This document shows, piece by piece, positions 1-12,906 of a DNA stretch of 64,000 bases. Numbering within the stretch: position 1 is the stretch's first letter; every line of letters begins with the position of its first letter. Origin of the DNA: Amoebophrya sp. A120 (Eukaryota; Protista; Dinoflagellata); the NCBI GenBank assembly GCA_905178155.1, contig CAJINV010000001.1:14632142-14696141 (forward strand), written 5' to 3'. Both the position numbers and the translations under genes were made by a program. A model generated the notes under the pieces. It did no database searches, had not been told where the DNA came from, and saw only the letters and a program-made list of their open reading frames with translations.

Positions 1-700
1 GCGATGCCTCTCCGGCTGGATTTCGTTCTGGGAACGCGCTGGCGATGCCTTTCCGCCTGGGTCTCTAGCCGGAAACACGCTGCCGCTGCCTTTCCGGCTG
101 TATTTCCTTCCAGCTAGAAAGGCACTGAGACGGCATTGCTAGCTGGATTCCCTGCTGGACACACACCGGGGCGGCGTCGCTGGCTGGATTTCTAGCTAGA
201 AACGCACTGAGACGGCGTCCCTAGGTGGGTTTCCAGCTAGAAATGCACTGAGACGGCGTCGCTAGCTAGATTCCCAAGCAGAAACGCACTGCGAAGGCGC
301 CTCTAGCCGAGTTTCCAGCTCGGCATGCGGTGAAAAGGCAACCATTAGGCCGCGGATGCATTTTCGCTGCGTCTCCGGCTGGATTTACTTTCAGCTAGAA
401 GACACGAACTGAGCAGGCATCTCCAGCCGAGCTCCCAGCTGGAAAAGCGTCGCGCGTGCATTTCCAATGCGTTCCCGGCTAGATTTCCTTCCAGCTGGAA
501 ATGCACGGAGGGGGCCTCTCTGGCTGGATTTCCAGCTAGGGACGCAAATGCTCTGTCTGAGAGGGCGTCTCTAGATCGATCTCCACCAGCTCGGTAGAAA
601 TGCCCTGGCGAGGCATTTCCGGCTGGGATGCGCTGCGGATGCGTTTTCAATGTGCTTCCGGCTGGGCTTCCTTGCAGCTGGAAACGCACTGCGGCACGCC
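1..700. repeat. Degenerate ~41-bp tandem satellite (consensus ~GGCTGGATTTCCAGCTAGAAACGCACTGAGACGGCGTCGCT), runs off the window start
   Basis: GCTGGATTT-like cores recur at ~14, 56, 95, 141, 182, 223, 264, 305 and onward with ~41-nt spacing; the core GCTGGATTTCCAGC is quasi-palindromic. Confidence 0.85.
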
Positions 701-869
701 AGCAGAAGCAGTGTCTTTCTCAGTTGATACCGAAAACGCCCGCGCGCCGTCGCGGCAGGTGAACTCTGTGAAAAATGTTCCTTCTAGCGCAAGTTTGCGA
801 TGTCACACCCAGCGGGCGAAGCTATTCGAATCTCGTATCAAACTAAACGAAGAGGGCTCGCTAATAACA

Positions 870-2060
870 CCCCCCAGCGGGCGCGCGCGAATCTCTGTCC
901 TGGCCGTGGTCGGCCAGAGGGAAGACCAAACTCGAAACCTGGAAGCCGACCAATCCAACACTACGGCCCACCCGCCCCAGCCCGCTTAGTATGTATAAAT
1001 ATCTGTCCTGGAGTTTCATGTCTTTGGCCGCAATCTAAAATGCTAGATCGCGATGTCGCCCTCCGGCGCGCGAGTATCTCTGTCCTGGCCGTGGTCGGCC
1101 AGAGGAAAGACAAACCCCGAAACCTGAAGAATGAAAGTCGGCCTATCCAGTACGGACCACCCCCAGCCCGCTACAGAATCTCTGTAGTCCTAGATTTTTT
1201 TTACAGTTCCTTGGCCGCAATCCAGGAAGCTAGATCATGAAAAGGCTTCGGTAGCGTGGCCCCCCCCCCGCCGAAAGTATCTCTGTCTTGGCCATGCTCC
1301 TGCTCGACCCGGGGAGGAAACGACGAAAAAACCCAACCAAGAAAGGCCCGGGTGGCTGGGTACTCAAGGAGACTGACCCGCCAGCGCATTGGTATCTCTG
1401 TCTTGGCCACGTTCGGACAGGGAAGCAGAAGACGGAAAGACCCGAAGCATAACCAGATGGATAAGGAAGCTTCCCAGCGCATTGCCCGGCATCTCTCTCC
1501 TGGCCGCCTTCGACTAGGGGAGAAAAAGGTGCAAAAGCCCGAAGGCCGTTCGACCGGAAAAGCAAAAGGACACCCCGCAGAGCGCATTGGTATCTCTGTC
1601 CTGGGCATCTTCGGAACGGCTGGGGGAGAAAAAGGCGCAAAAACCCAAATGCCGCTCGACTACGGAATAAGGAGCAAGGACACTCATCCCCCAGCTCAGT
1701 GGTGCCTCCGTTCTGGCCACGTTCGACCAGGGGAGAAAAGTCGAAAAGGCCAGATCATGAAAACTTTTTTTCGCTAGTCGGGCCCCCCAGCGCGCGAGTA
1801 CCTCTGTCCTGGCCGTGGTCGACCAGAAGGGCAAAAAACGCCAGAGCCCGAAGCCGACCTCCAGCCCGGTACTGAGACCTCCCGCCCCGCTTGCTATCCC
1901 TCTCCTGGAGTTGCAAGAGTCCCTCACTCGCATTATAGCAAATTCGGTCAAGCGATCTCGCTAAGTAATGAGGCCCCCTAGCGCGCGAGCATCTCTGTCC
2001 TCGCCATAGTCGGCCGGTGGGGGGCAAAGAATCTCCCATCCTGAACACCGACCAAGCCAA
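870..2060. repeat. Degenerate array of ~12 units (~90-115 bp) sharing the core ATCTCTGTCCTGGCCRYGKTCG
   Basis: Core found at ~891, 1001, 1076, 1179, 1279, 1394, 1491, 1591, 1706, 1800, 1896 and 1991; intervening sequences are partly related (A-rich tract, CCC(C)CAGCGCG upstream of the core). Confidence 0.8.
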
Positions 2061-3794
2061 GAATACGGAGAATCCCGAGCCTGCTTCATAGCTCTGCCTT
2101 TGAGCCGCTTCCTTCGGGGGCTGCGCGTTTTTGATACGCTAGCCCTGTATTTGCTCTTCTATTCGTGCCTGATTTACTCCTCGATGGCTTGCGACGTACT
2201 TATGTCGTTGGGCGCGCCGCTTCCGATCGTTTATTTCGAGTTCGGAACTCTGACGAACTTCGTGTTTCCAGATGGGCTGTCTGCTCAACAAAAGGTGGCC
2301 AACTTTCCACGCCATACATAAATAAAGCAAATTAATAGCGGTTTGCAAAAAAGTGCCCGAATTTCGTCAGCACCACCGTCGAGCCGAAGAGATTCCCGAC
2401 CAGGATCACGGGCGGATGCCGCAGCCGCTTTTTTTGTACTTGTAAAGGAAGCACTGCGCAGCTACTCCAACATGCTTTCTGACATACATACTATATTTAT
2501 CAACATCAAAAAAAAATCAAAAGCGCCAATCACACATCGGATACACTTCTTCTTCATCCTTGTTCTTGCTTCTTCTCAAGACGCAACATATAATTTGCGA
2601 CCCAACCTTCAACTTCATGTCGAGCGAGCTTCTTTGTCTTTGATATCAACGACGGGGATCCGCTTTTGTTGCGTGCGTGAACTACACAATTGACTTACTA
2701 ACTGACCACTTCCTTGCAAGTTGCTAGCACCAGTACGACCATTCATTTCGACAGGTAGATCTAGAACATGGAAATAATCCATAAAAAACAAGCAACCAGA
2801 CACAACAGGAACGCAAATCACCATCAATAGAAGAACGCAAACTGCTGAGCCGCCTGCTCCACGGACGGCGGCTCGATCTGTAGGTGCGCAGACGATGTGC
2901 GCGCTACGCTATCAGGCAAATCATCGGCGCGCAAAACTCGATGCCTGAACTTCACGGTCATGGAGTATAGGTATACACCACGTTAAAACTTGTGCGGTTT
3001 CTACGAACGGTTTCTAGACGGCAGGAAGACAATATAGAGCAAGCGTATTCGGTATTGTAGGCGCTTCTACGATGGAAAGACAAAGACAACTCTAATCGAC
3101 AATATTAAATAGAAAGATTGAAAGATTTACGACAAGGATGATGTAAGATTTTTTAGAACCAAACGATGATGTAACAATAACGGGTCGTGCTCGTGAAGTT
3201 GAAGCTTTCGCTTCACATGCTTCAAGCTGCGAGGGTTGCGCTCCAGAACTTTAGGAGTGCAACAATCAGAAAGTTTTCGGCTACAGTGCGTTCCTGTAAT
3301 AAGAGGGGAACGGGAACTCGGTAGTATCTACTACAGCTATGACAACCTCAACCACAAAAAAAACATAAAATCACGTGTCTAGTTGTCCAGGCCTTGGAAG
3401 CCAATGGCGTATCTGATGTACTGCCGAATTTCGGCGCACTTAGTGTTCTTATTCATCTGGAAGTTGCGTCCCACGGAAACTTCCTTCGCAATGCGCTCCA
3501 ATGACGGCTTCGAGTTGATCTGAGTTATTTGTTTTGTTGTTGAATTGCAACAAGTCTAGGGGTAGGGGTACTCAATAAATATATAAAAGACAGAAAATCA
3601 TACGTGGCTCACCATGCTACTCAACGCACACACATACTACGCGCTCTGGCTGGCACGATGTTGAGACCGACCGAGGGCTTGTTCCTGGTGGTCCATTAGA
3701 ATGAAACAACCCCCCGACGCGGCATCAACTAGTCGCCACCAGCAGAGCTCGACGAAACGCCACCCGCTCTAGTGGTGAACGGCGAATCAAAATA

Positions 3795-4260
3795 ATGCGC
3801 CGGGCTCAGGCACTAATTGGCGCGATGGGGAGAGTGGCAAGGGCGGCCTGAGGGTTCCGCACAATAAAAAGAGCCCACCGGGGTGTCTCTAAGTCCCCGC
3901 CACAGGCCGAAGCGCCGGCGACCCGAAGAACTACCTGCCATGCGGGTGGCTGGCAGACATGCCGAAGGGCCCTCGGCCAGCTCCGCACGAGAACGGATCA
4001 AAACTACACGCCAAATGTAGCCGCGTCCACGCCGATAGCTAGTGGGGTCGCCGCAGTTCTTTTGTCTTGCTGAGAGCAATCAAGGTCGCCACCCCCATCC
4101 AAACCGCGCGGGCTCCCTCGCAAGTTTTGCAGGCTCCCCTGCGAAATTTTGCAGCCGTCCGGCTGGTTTGACAACAAACGGCTTGCTGCACAAACATCGC
4201 CGGCAGATTGCAAACTGCCGGCCTCTTTTCGCGGCAGGTGTCAAAAAATAAAAAGTCGCC
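3795..4260. other. GC-rich insertion inside an intron of paralog A
   Basis: Abrupt compositional shift between the exons at 4429 and ~3770; no equivalent sequence in paralog B. Confidence 0.35.
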
Positions 4261-5249
4261 AAGTGAGAGCCTTCGTGATTGTCTGTGTCTGTGACCACCC
4301 CACTACAACACATTAATAGAAGTCGCAGACTACATCTACATCCCTTTCAATAAGAGACTCTACTCATCTGTCACGAAATATCAAGAAGGACGAGTGCGGC
4401 ACTGCTACAACGCACGCTGTAGACCTACCTGCTCTATCTCTGCACTGATTTTCATCTTGCTGAAATTTATTCCGAACACTGCGATCAGGTGGTCCCGGGC
4501 TCTCGGCTTGAACGTTTCCTTCCACTCCTCGGTCCCGCCACCCATCTGGAACCGCCTGCGCGCTTGGTTCGCAGTCTATTGAATTTTAATCTTATTTTTG
4601 CTTGAGCTTGAGGCGAAAGTCGCAATGAGATGTTTAATTTTGTTGAAGCTGTTGCTGAAAGAAACGTCGGCTCTGGTGAGGACAACCAACCAATCTGACC
4701 TACGCAAAGAAAAAGGGCGCGCCCTTCTCTATTTCGATTTCCGATACTTACAAAATCAAAACCATAGTTGGCACGTTGATTCAATCGCAGATAGTGATAG
4801 TACACGGAAGTACATCAAGATCAAATTACTTGCTGCTCTCTTCAAAAAGTAAGCACTTTTACGTTTTGCGTGGTCTCGAGATTTGCGATCCTCCCCTTCA
4901 GTCCCTTGACCGCTTTTTTCACGGACCGGATCTCTTCTGTGTTTTGTTTTGTCGTTTCTATCAGCCGTTCTGCCAGAGCCTCCAATTGCCCGATGCGATT
5001 CTCGAGACTGGTGATCGTTTGTGCTTGAGTTGTGTATGGAGGAGCAAAGGTGACCTTTAGTTTACCTATGAGCTGCAGCATCAATGCAAGCGCATGCTTG
5101 CCTCTTTTTTGCCTTCTTATGCTGAGAGGCTTTCAATCAAGGAGCGCGTCTATAGCAGAGGTTCCCTCGTCTTCACCCTACTCATACTCGAAAACCTCCA
5201 TAGTCGTGTTGCCTACGTGCTTAGCATTTTAATTATCTTAAATGCTAGC

Positions 5250-5377
5250 GCCGGATCTTACTTTTCACCGTTCTCGTGGTCAGGATCCTGGTTCCGTCCC
5301 ACTAGTCACCCACCCGGCCGGGCGGGTGAGAAGTGGGACGGCCACAAGAACTCGTCAGAATTTGTTACCCCGCTCTA
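5250..5377 (-). mobile_element. Putative DNA-transposon (hAT-like) terminus
   Basis: Reverse complement of 5361-5377 (TAGAGCGGGGTAACAAA) matches 35290-35306 (TAGAGCGGGGTCACAAA) at 16/17; both are followed inward by CCG.CCGGGTGG. Confidence 0.4.
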
Positions 5378-5934
5378 TAGCAGTGAGGCAGGTCGGTCGT
5401 GTAAAAAACGTGAGTAAATAAAATTAATTGCGTGCTCGCTTTTTCAGGCGAGCGAGTAACTGTTTACCATGCTGTCTATGTTCCTGAACGTAATGAAGTA
5501 GTTGGCGTCCAGTGTCGCAAGCGGTCGCCGCCGTGAACTGACGCAACGCCGCCCGTTTCCGCTATGAACCAACAGTAGACCTAGACGCGGTGAGTTACCA
5601 GAGGAACAGGAGCAAGCCGAGACTCACTATCGTCCCTGGTTTCAGAACGTAACTATACTACCGCCAACGAGCCTACGTAAATTGGTTTTGCTGTAATCTT
5701 AGGCGCAGAGACGGAAGAACGGGAAGACGAACTACGCAACAACAGGAGGGGTTGGGGGAGGGCCCTAAGATATCTAAACCCTAAAACTTCTCTGCTGCGT
5801 CGGCTTCTGGACCGGGATGGATGCCGCGAGTGACGGAGACGTGGAGGGAAAGAGGTGGCGGTGGAGGGAAGCCCGCAGCGGAGATGGAGAGGGGCGAAAC
5901 GCATACTCATGCATACTCATCCCACTATCATAGG

Positions 5935-6001
5935 GTCTGTTTAGTTTTAGTTCAGTTTCTCATAATGTCATTATGAGAAACTGAACTAAAACTAAACAGA
6001 C
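5935..6001. repeat. Perfect 33-bp inverted repeat with 1-nt loop
   Basis: GTCTGTTTAGTTTTAGTTCAGTTTCTCATAATG-T-CATTATGAGAAACTGAACTAAAACTAAACAGAC, with AGG on both flanks. Confidence 0.95.
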
Positions 6002-9000
6002 AGGCGGAGGGGGTGGAAACCAACCCGCTAGAAAAAATTGCTTGGTGCCAGTAGGGCCCGCGAAAAGAAAGACAGCAGGAACCAAATGAAGGACGAAGGT
6101 AAACGTAAAAAAAGCGCTAGCTCGGACCCTTCCAGGAGTGTACTTTTTTCAGGCTCAGTGCTTCCAGCGGTGCTGGGAACGTTCCGACCCTACACCTCAA
6201 GGCGCAAGCAGCAAGAGAGCTACGTACGTATGCGCACGCCCAAGCAAGCCGGTACGTATGCGCACGGCGAAGCAAGCCGGTCTGATGTGGACGCCTTCTC
6301 ATTTTCAACTATCAAAATCAAACATCCATAAAGTAGATAAATGCAAATGTAAATTGAAGTCCGACTTTCCTGGGCATATGTTTTTGTTTACACTTCGCAT
6401 TATTATTGTTGCGGGATCATGCTCACGCAGTTGATGCAGCTCATGTTTGTTTTTGCTTCAAGGTACATTGGTGGATAGAGCACCGTTTCTTTCCGCGAGT
6501 TCGAGCAGACCACCCAATTTTTCGATTTCCGCCTTGGCTTCTTGGAGTTTTTTTTGTGCGTCGTTTAATGCATAGGCATTAGCCAAACCGACCGCGAGCC
6601 CTGCCATTATATTTCTACTCCGCTTAATGTCAAAAATATGTGCCAAGTGCTTGTGGTTCTAAAGAGTAGACTTCCAGAGCTAAAACACTTTACGCTGACT
6701 TGTCTTCAGCGCCGACAAGCTGCGCTCTACAGCTTGAGCTTCATACTCTTGCTTATTTATTAGCTGCTACTTGCTTGCACTTTTTCTTTCCTTAGTAAGC
6801 ATTTTTTCGAAGGAAAAAACTTCTACACAACATCTAAGCATATCACAGTCACGCTCTTGAACTTGAGGCGAGGATCATCCCATGTGCTTGCAAAGTCCCA
6901 GAACAAGAGGAAGAGCAGCAAAGTCGGATCGGTATCAAAAAAAAGAATGAAAAACATGAAGGCGTCAAAAAATTATAAGCTAGCGAGAGGGAGCGTATGC
7001 AATTACATACAAAAACTCAGACACGACGAGCACGAGCATGACGATCATGACGATGACGAGTGCGAACGACCTCGAATTGCTAATGCGCTTGATCTTCAAG
7101 AGTGACTGAATCACCAGGGTGGCTGAGTCACCATGGCTGCCTCACCCACGAGGCTGGGTGTTCAATATCATATAATGCTTGGCACGGTAATTTGGGGCAG
7201 CGCCCGAGCTAGTAAAGTTATATCTGATGGGCAAGGACCGACGACTCATCCCACTGGAGTACACAGAAACAATCACGACCCATATTCCTTCGTCCTCTTC
7301 CCGCTAACGAACTGCCTCTCCACCTAGTAGGAGAGTCCTCTAATTATCTGTATATCATCCAACGGCGAAGTCAGTTTGCGTTGGGGGTGGCTGCGACAGA
7401 TTATATTACGACACGACAACGCGACAAAGTTGTTGTTTGTAATTAGTCCACGATAGCCATTTCTATTCGCATTCCTCATCAAGAAAGATAAACTGATCAA
7501 TAAGACGACGGTGTCTAGTTTATATTTATTTGTCCGAGAAGCACAAATAGAATCCTTTCTTCAATGTTTACAATGAGTGGCGTGTGCGTCATTTGCATGC
7601 ATATCAAAGGACTACACGTAGCTACTTACGTTCGTAGCAAAAGAATTGAGTCGGGTGGTCGCTTCTTCAGGCGAGCGAGTAGCAGAATTATCCAAGCTGC
7701 AATAGGTCGTGCCGGTCAGTGACTGATCTGCAAGCCAAATGCGGACTCCTTTGCTTAATGTGCCACGTTGGGAAGTCGAAGTGCCAAAATATACTGTCAG
7801 AGAGCAAACAACCCAGGTTCTGGCATCGTTTGGCAAGACGACACAGCATCACAATAAACGCAAAGTCTTTATGTTTATTTGGGATTTGTATGCAAGGCAG
7901 ATGAATTCACTGCGTCTTTAGAGATATATAGGAAAAAGTACAGGCGCAAGTCAGAAAATAAGAAGACGACATCATGAGCATCGTCGTGGTCTATCCTGCA
8001 CTGGGAGGGCGTGCAAGAGGTTTAGGGTCTTGCTCGAGGTTAAAATCCAAAGAAGAGCACGCTTAAGGAGGAGAGAGAGCGCGCTCGCTACTAGCGTCGT
8101 CTTTCATTCGCAAGAGAAGAGCCATAGATCTTCATGTCATTTGTGAGTCTATCGACGACCTCAGAGACTGAAAAAAGTCATTCCCCAGCATCAGCTGGGC
8201 ATGCGCTCGCGGAATCGTCATCCTGTCGACAACAAATAACGAAAACAGCACTGCACACGACATCTGACTCTCTCTCTCTCTTGTAGACCTAGACGAAACG
8301 CAGGAGCGAATATAATCTCTCATCTGTGCAAATACGTCTGTGCACTCGCGGCACCAATGGAGGTGCCAGCAGCATTGCAATGCATCAATAAAAACGAAGG
8401 CCATGTCTCCTAGCCTACGTTCCCGCCCCCCTCCCCTTGGCAATCGATATTAGCTCTGGCTCTGCAGCTCCCCGTCGCGCTTTTTCTTTTGTTGAGTTTA
8501 GTTGAGAGCTCTCTACTTCTAGTGTGATAATTCATTCCTCGATCAAACAACTGCAAGTGCTTGCAGAAAACGAAAAGTGCCTCCTCTTGCTCGTCTTGTT
8601 TTAGTGAAATAACACAATCTTCTCAGGTTTGAATTTGGTACAGTTAATCATAGACATTGTATAGAGAAACGGAAGCAAATAAGAATAACTTTCTTAATTA
8701 TGCTGAAACAAAACCATTGCTATTTTCGATATCTCTAGTCTTCTTCTTCTTGCTTATTTATCTCTACCACAGTTGTAAGTGCGTACTTTTTTCAAAATTG
8801 ATGCTGTAGCGACAGTAAGTAGGCAAGGTCCACTTGTTCGATTACAAAAGCTGTCGTTTCTTGGAGCATATTCATCTCCGCTCCTGGGGTAGAATTTCGC
8901 TTCCAACATTCGTTCATGTGATGTCGGTGAGCCGGTTGACAGCACTCCAGTAGCAACAGGACGCAGCTGAAATTGTGACAGGCTGCGAAGATGAAAATCC

Positions 9001-9207
9001 GTGCCGCAAACGTCGTGTACATTCATTGACAATTTTAGAGATATTAATGATAAAAAAATATATTATCAGTCGGCGAGAAACAAGATATGTACATTTGAAA
9101 CCAGCACATCCACAGAGAAAATGACAAGCAGGTGGGTCCGCAGCTACTTTTTCTGCCACCTCTAGTGAAGTGATAGGCAAATAAAGCGTAGAAAAAAATT
9201 GAAACTT

Positions 9208-12200
9208 CTACGGGGCTTGGTTCACGTGATCCATCCCCCTGAAGCCAATCTGCTTGCGGATGTGGTCTCGTATCATCTTACAATTAGTTTTTTCGTACTC
9301 CGCGGCGATGTTCCTGCCTGGGGTGACTTCTTTCGCGATTCGCCACAACCGGGGTTTGTCCTTGATCTGTAATACAATCGTACGAATGTTGTTTGCCACT
9401 GTTCTTGGTATTCGCTCCAGCTCCTTTTGGGGAACCACTATATTATCTTCTTCTTCGTCTGTAGTTGGTAGAACTGAATCTCAACCGAGTCTGCTTCTCC
9501 TACTCCAAACTTTCGACTTGAAATCGCGAAAATCAAATCATAAACATGATGATGATGATGTACCCAGCTGCGGGGTCTATACTGTAATTAAAAATTATCA
9601 GTGTTCCTGCGGTGCGCTGTCGCTATCTGATTGCACTTGATCAATGAGCACATAATGAAGCAAAAAATTGAAGTACGTTCTCGAGTTCAGTTGAAATTTT
9701 GTTCTTCGTGAAAGCCATGGAAAATTGCTCCTCCATGTATGACCTGGCACGGTCGCCGAATGTCGCTCTCCACGCCTCTGTGGTACCACCAAGATTTAAC
9801 CGTTTTTCTGCCATATCACGTTGCTGTGAAGTTGTTGTATCATTGATTAAAAGTACTTAGTTCGTCGCATCAACAACTCACCCCACGAACGTTTCGTCAA
9901 TGCTATGAATCTTATACACGACTGCGCATTTTCATCATTTGCACACGCACGCGGTCGCTAAGTAACGATAAGGCAAACGCTCCTCGACCTCGATGATGCA
10001 AGAGGAAGACGAGCAACAACATAATACAACGCTGGGCGTTTCCGGAAGTGGTATTTTTCATGAGAGAAGGAGCCCATGGCTGTGACCGTGCGTCAAAGGT
10101 GCTACATCTTTGCTGGACATAGTACGTTCCAAGATCATGGAACGAGCGGTGAGATATTAGAGAATCAGAAAAAATCCGTGTGAAGCAAAAACATAAGACA
10201 AGAATACGTGTCGGAGTGCGGAGAGAGTCTGAACTCTGGATTTCAACACGTTGAAGTCTCTTCGCAGTAAGCGGAGCTCTTGCCCGTGGTCAGCACGGAG
10301 GTCATCAAAACGCCCCTCGTGGCGTTCTTGCCTGTTTTCCAGCGCCGATAGGCGCCCCTCTAGTGCCACGATGACGGCGTCTTGGAGAACATATGCACCC
10401 AAAAACACACGACAACACTGACACTGTACTAGCTGTACGGATACACTATTCTTGCTGACGCTTGCGTATCGGTATCCTACGAAAAAACAAAGTGTTTACA
10501 GTTACACATTTACAGCCAATTCAGCGCCACAAATTTGTCTGCATGAGAGAGAAACCTTGCAACGCAGAAATCCTACGGGAATCAGAATCACGTACGAAGA
10601 AGGCTGCTAGAAAATAATGCATATCCGGCATGGGCATGACAGAGCTTGTTTGTCCTGCTTGTTAGCCTGAAAAGCAATGTCCTCTGTGTAACTGTAACAC
10701 TTCTTTCTTGCGATACTTCGTGCTGCGTTCTTATTCGAGGTGAAAAAAGTATGAACGTGGGGGCTTATGCTCATCTGGATCTTCTGTTGTGTAAATTTAG
10801 TCACGTGAATTATGCGCCGTCAATTGTTGCTCTTGCTGCGTTCGACTAGATATCATGACGCCGTCACAGCCTGACAGGACGAAGCTTGAGCTTTTTTGAT
10901 TTTATACAAAACAAAGGTACTATACATAGAGGGTTCGACGTTCAAGCAACGTCTGTCGCCCCCGCCGATCGCTTTCTCTTTAGTTCTCAACAAAGTCGTG
11001 ATCGCCATAATCAGACACTGAAGATTGTATTGTCACATCTGATATTAAAACTACAAAGAAACGTCGGTATGAATATTTTTTTTTTTTGACTTCGACCTCC
11101 ATGGGTGATATTCTTTATTTTTTCATCGTCCAGGTCCAGGCCCGGCGTCGCTGTAGTATCATACTACGAACCGCTTGCCGACACCAGCCATGCTCTTCAT
11201 CATCTCGATTATCTGTTTCTACGTGTCGTTTGCTTGTCGAACGCAGCGGCTTTTCGATTTTTCTATATAGAGGATTGAGTATCAACTCGTGTTGCTTTTG
11301 AGTTTGAGTGTTGCATTTGCATAATTGTTTTTTTTCACGTAGAGATGCCACCTCCGCACGGAGTTCCACCAGCTCCGTGGTCGTCTCGCCTTGCACCCTT
11401 TCCACGTCTTCCATGCGATCCCGCATTTCGCCCACTTCCTCGTCGATGTCGTCGCGTAGACGCGCAACATCGTTGCGTATATGCAAGTGCCGAATTCCCG
11501 CCCCTCCCCTTCAAAGTCAGCACATCGGGCGCTTTATTTGGATCAATCCCATCGGATTTTTCTTTTTGATCTTGGTCACACATCCGCACATAGTGACATC
11601 AGCGCAGATCATCTCTGCTGCAGGCAGTTCAAGCGACGCGACTGCAGGAAGCCTTGGCGCAGGAAAACGAATGCACCAGAGAGCCGCAACGAAAACACGG
11701 AGCAGGGCAAATCCCCTCATGATGAGTGGGTTTAGTTGCGAGCTGCCTTCTGCCACTGTGATTCTGATTTATTTCGCCCCAATATGTGGCCTATTTTGGT
11801 CGTTCTTTTATTTTGGGATTCGAACAAATTTGAACAATTCGCCAGAAGCAGTCGCGCTTCTAGAATTTAGTAGGGGGAGTTGCACTTTCTGGCAAATTTC
11901 CACGACCTGTGGGCTCGCCTGCGCCCAAGACTGCAATCCCTCTCGTGAAGGGGAGTGCGTCCACGGTATGGCGGTTGGCCTCTACACACAGCCTACCCAT
12001 CTTTGTTTGGCCTCGTTTCTAAAATCGGCGACTTCGCGAGGACGCTGAAGAGACGACGCGACCTCACGAGCATTTCCATTTTATTTGCAATTTTGCTGAT
12101 TACAAGCATAAGCAAAATCATTTTTAACAGCAGAGTGAATTTTTTCAGTCCGCCTAGACGGGAACCCCAAGGGCGAACTCGCTTATACCCAGCGAGGAAG

Positions 12201-12906
12201 GCGGCTCCCGGGTACCCCAGAAACGGGGTGGCTGTTATTTGTGCGCGCAGAGTGAAAACCTAATCTCAACTTGAGTTGCTTTTGCGCCTCTCCTCGCGGT
12301 TTGCTTCTTCCGCAATGCTTAAGAGGGCAATGCCAATGCTTAAGGGGCAAACCCTCTTACTTTGCCAGAGTGTGCATGGAAGTGCTCCTTTCTTTCGCTA
12401 AGCAGCGCGCATAGTGCCATTCTTTTCTTTCGCTATGCTTCTGACAAAGTAGGACCACTTTTTTTTATTCATCACAACAGTGCGCGCTCAAACCCCATGG
12501 ATTCGAGCAGCGGCTTGCTCGTCTGGGTTGTTCTTTTTCATCTTTTCTCACCGGCTTGCTCACGCACATGTTAGCAATGAGGAAACTAAATACGACTAGC
12601 TCTGGCGTGAGGCTACGCTTTTTGCTCTATGGGGGGAGCTACGAGCTGGCTTGATGGTGGCACGCCGCACGCGGGCAGCACATGATGCAGTGCTCGTCCG
12701 ACGCAGCATTTGAAAGTCAGAAAATACTTGCTGCTGCGCCAAGCGGTAAGAACAATAAAGTAAAAATTGAAAATTCATTGGGGCGCAGGTAAAATATGAA
12801 TAATCCGACGCGCTGATTGCGAGGAGGGGCAGGTGCATACGCAGGTCTCATATTTTGTGTTGCGGATCGCTACTGCGTTCAAGCCTCCAAGTAACGTCCC
12901 CGCCAT
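9208..12906 (-). CDS. Multi-exon coiled-coil protein with small C-terminal helical (HeH/Rho_N-like?) domain, paralog B
   Basis: Exons: last ~9460-9208 (QIKDKPRLWRIAKEVTPGRN...IRKQIGFRGMDH), 9823-9677 (147 nt, QRDMAEKRLNLGGTTEAWRATFGDRARSY...KISTELEN), 10380-10208 (DAVIVALEGRLSALENRQER...), ~11510-11340 (acidic coiled coil). The tentative start at 12906 (MAGTLLGGLNAVAIRN) resembles paralog A's start. The 5' exons are uncertain; an alternative start with a signal-peptide-like stretch lies at 11720. Confidence 0.65.

Larger units (their letters stand above)
3379..6607 (-). pseudogene. Multi-exon coiled-coil protein, paralog A of the gene at 9208-12906; probably pseudogenised
   Basis: Inferred exons: 6607-~6460 (MAGLAVGLANAYALNDAQKKLQEAKAEIEKL), 5023-4863 (coiled coil), 4575-4429 (147 nt, TANQARRRFQMGGGTEEWKETFKPRARDHL...KISAEIEQ) and 3519-3379 (INSKPSLERIAKEVSVGRN...IRYAIGFQGLDN*). 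The three downstream exons align to paralog B; the coiled-coil and 147-nt exons share its splice positions. Apparent in-frame stops at 6458, 5178, 5133 and ~3637; linking exons are unresolved. Confidence 0.65.

Noticed and set aside
870-2060. CRISPR array
   Set aside because: Repeats are degenerate, the spacers are related to each other and ~70 bp long, there are no cas genes, and the context is eukaryotic with introns.
2847-2883. Helitron 3' end (8-bp GC hairpin GAGCCGCC/GGCGGCTC)
   Set aside because: Not followed by a properly spaced CTRR terminus, and no matching 5' end or Rep/helicase.
5776-5786. Telomere-like TAAACCCTAAA (also AACCCTAACC at ~57682)
   Set aside because: Only one to two units; expected by chance.
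3637-6460. Stop-codon reassignment (reported for one Amoebophrya strain) to explain in-frame TAG/TGA in paralog A
   Set aside because: Multi-kilobase ORFs in the window contain no in-frame stops and use normal CAA/CAG/TGG codons; pseudogenisation or unresolved introns is simpler.
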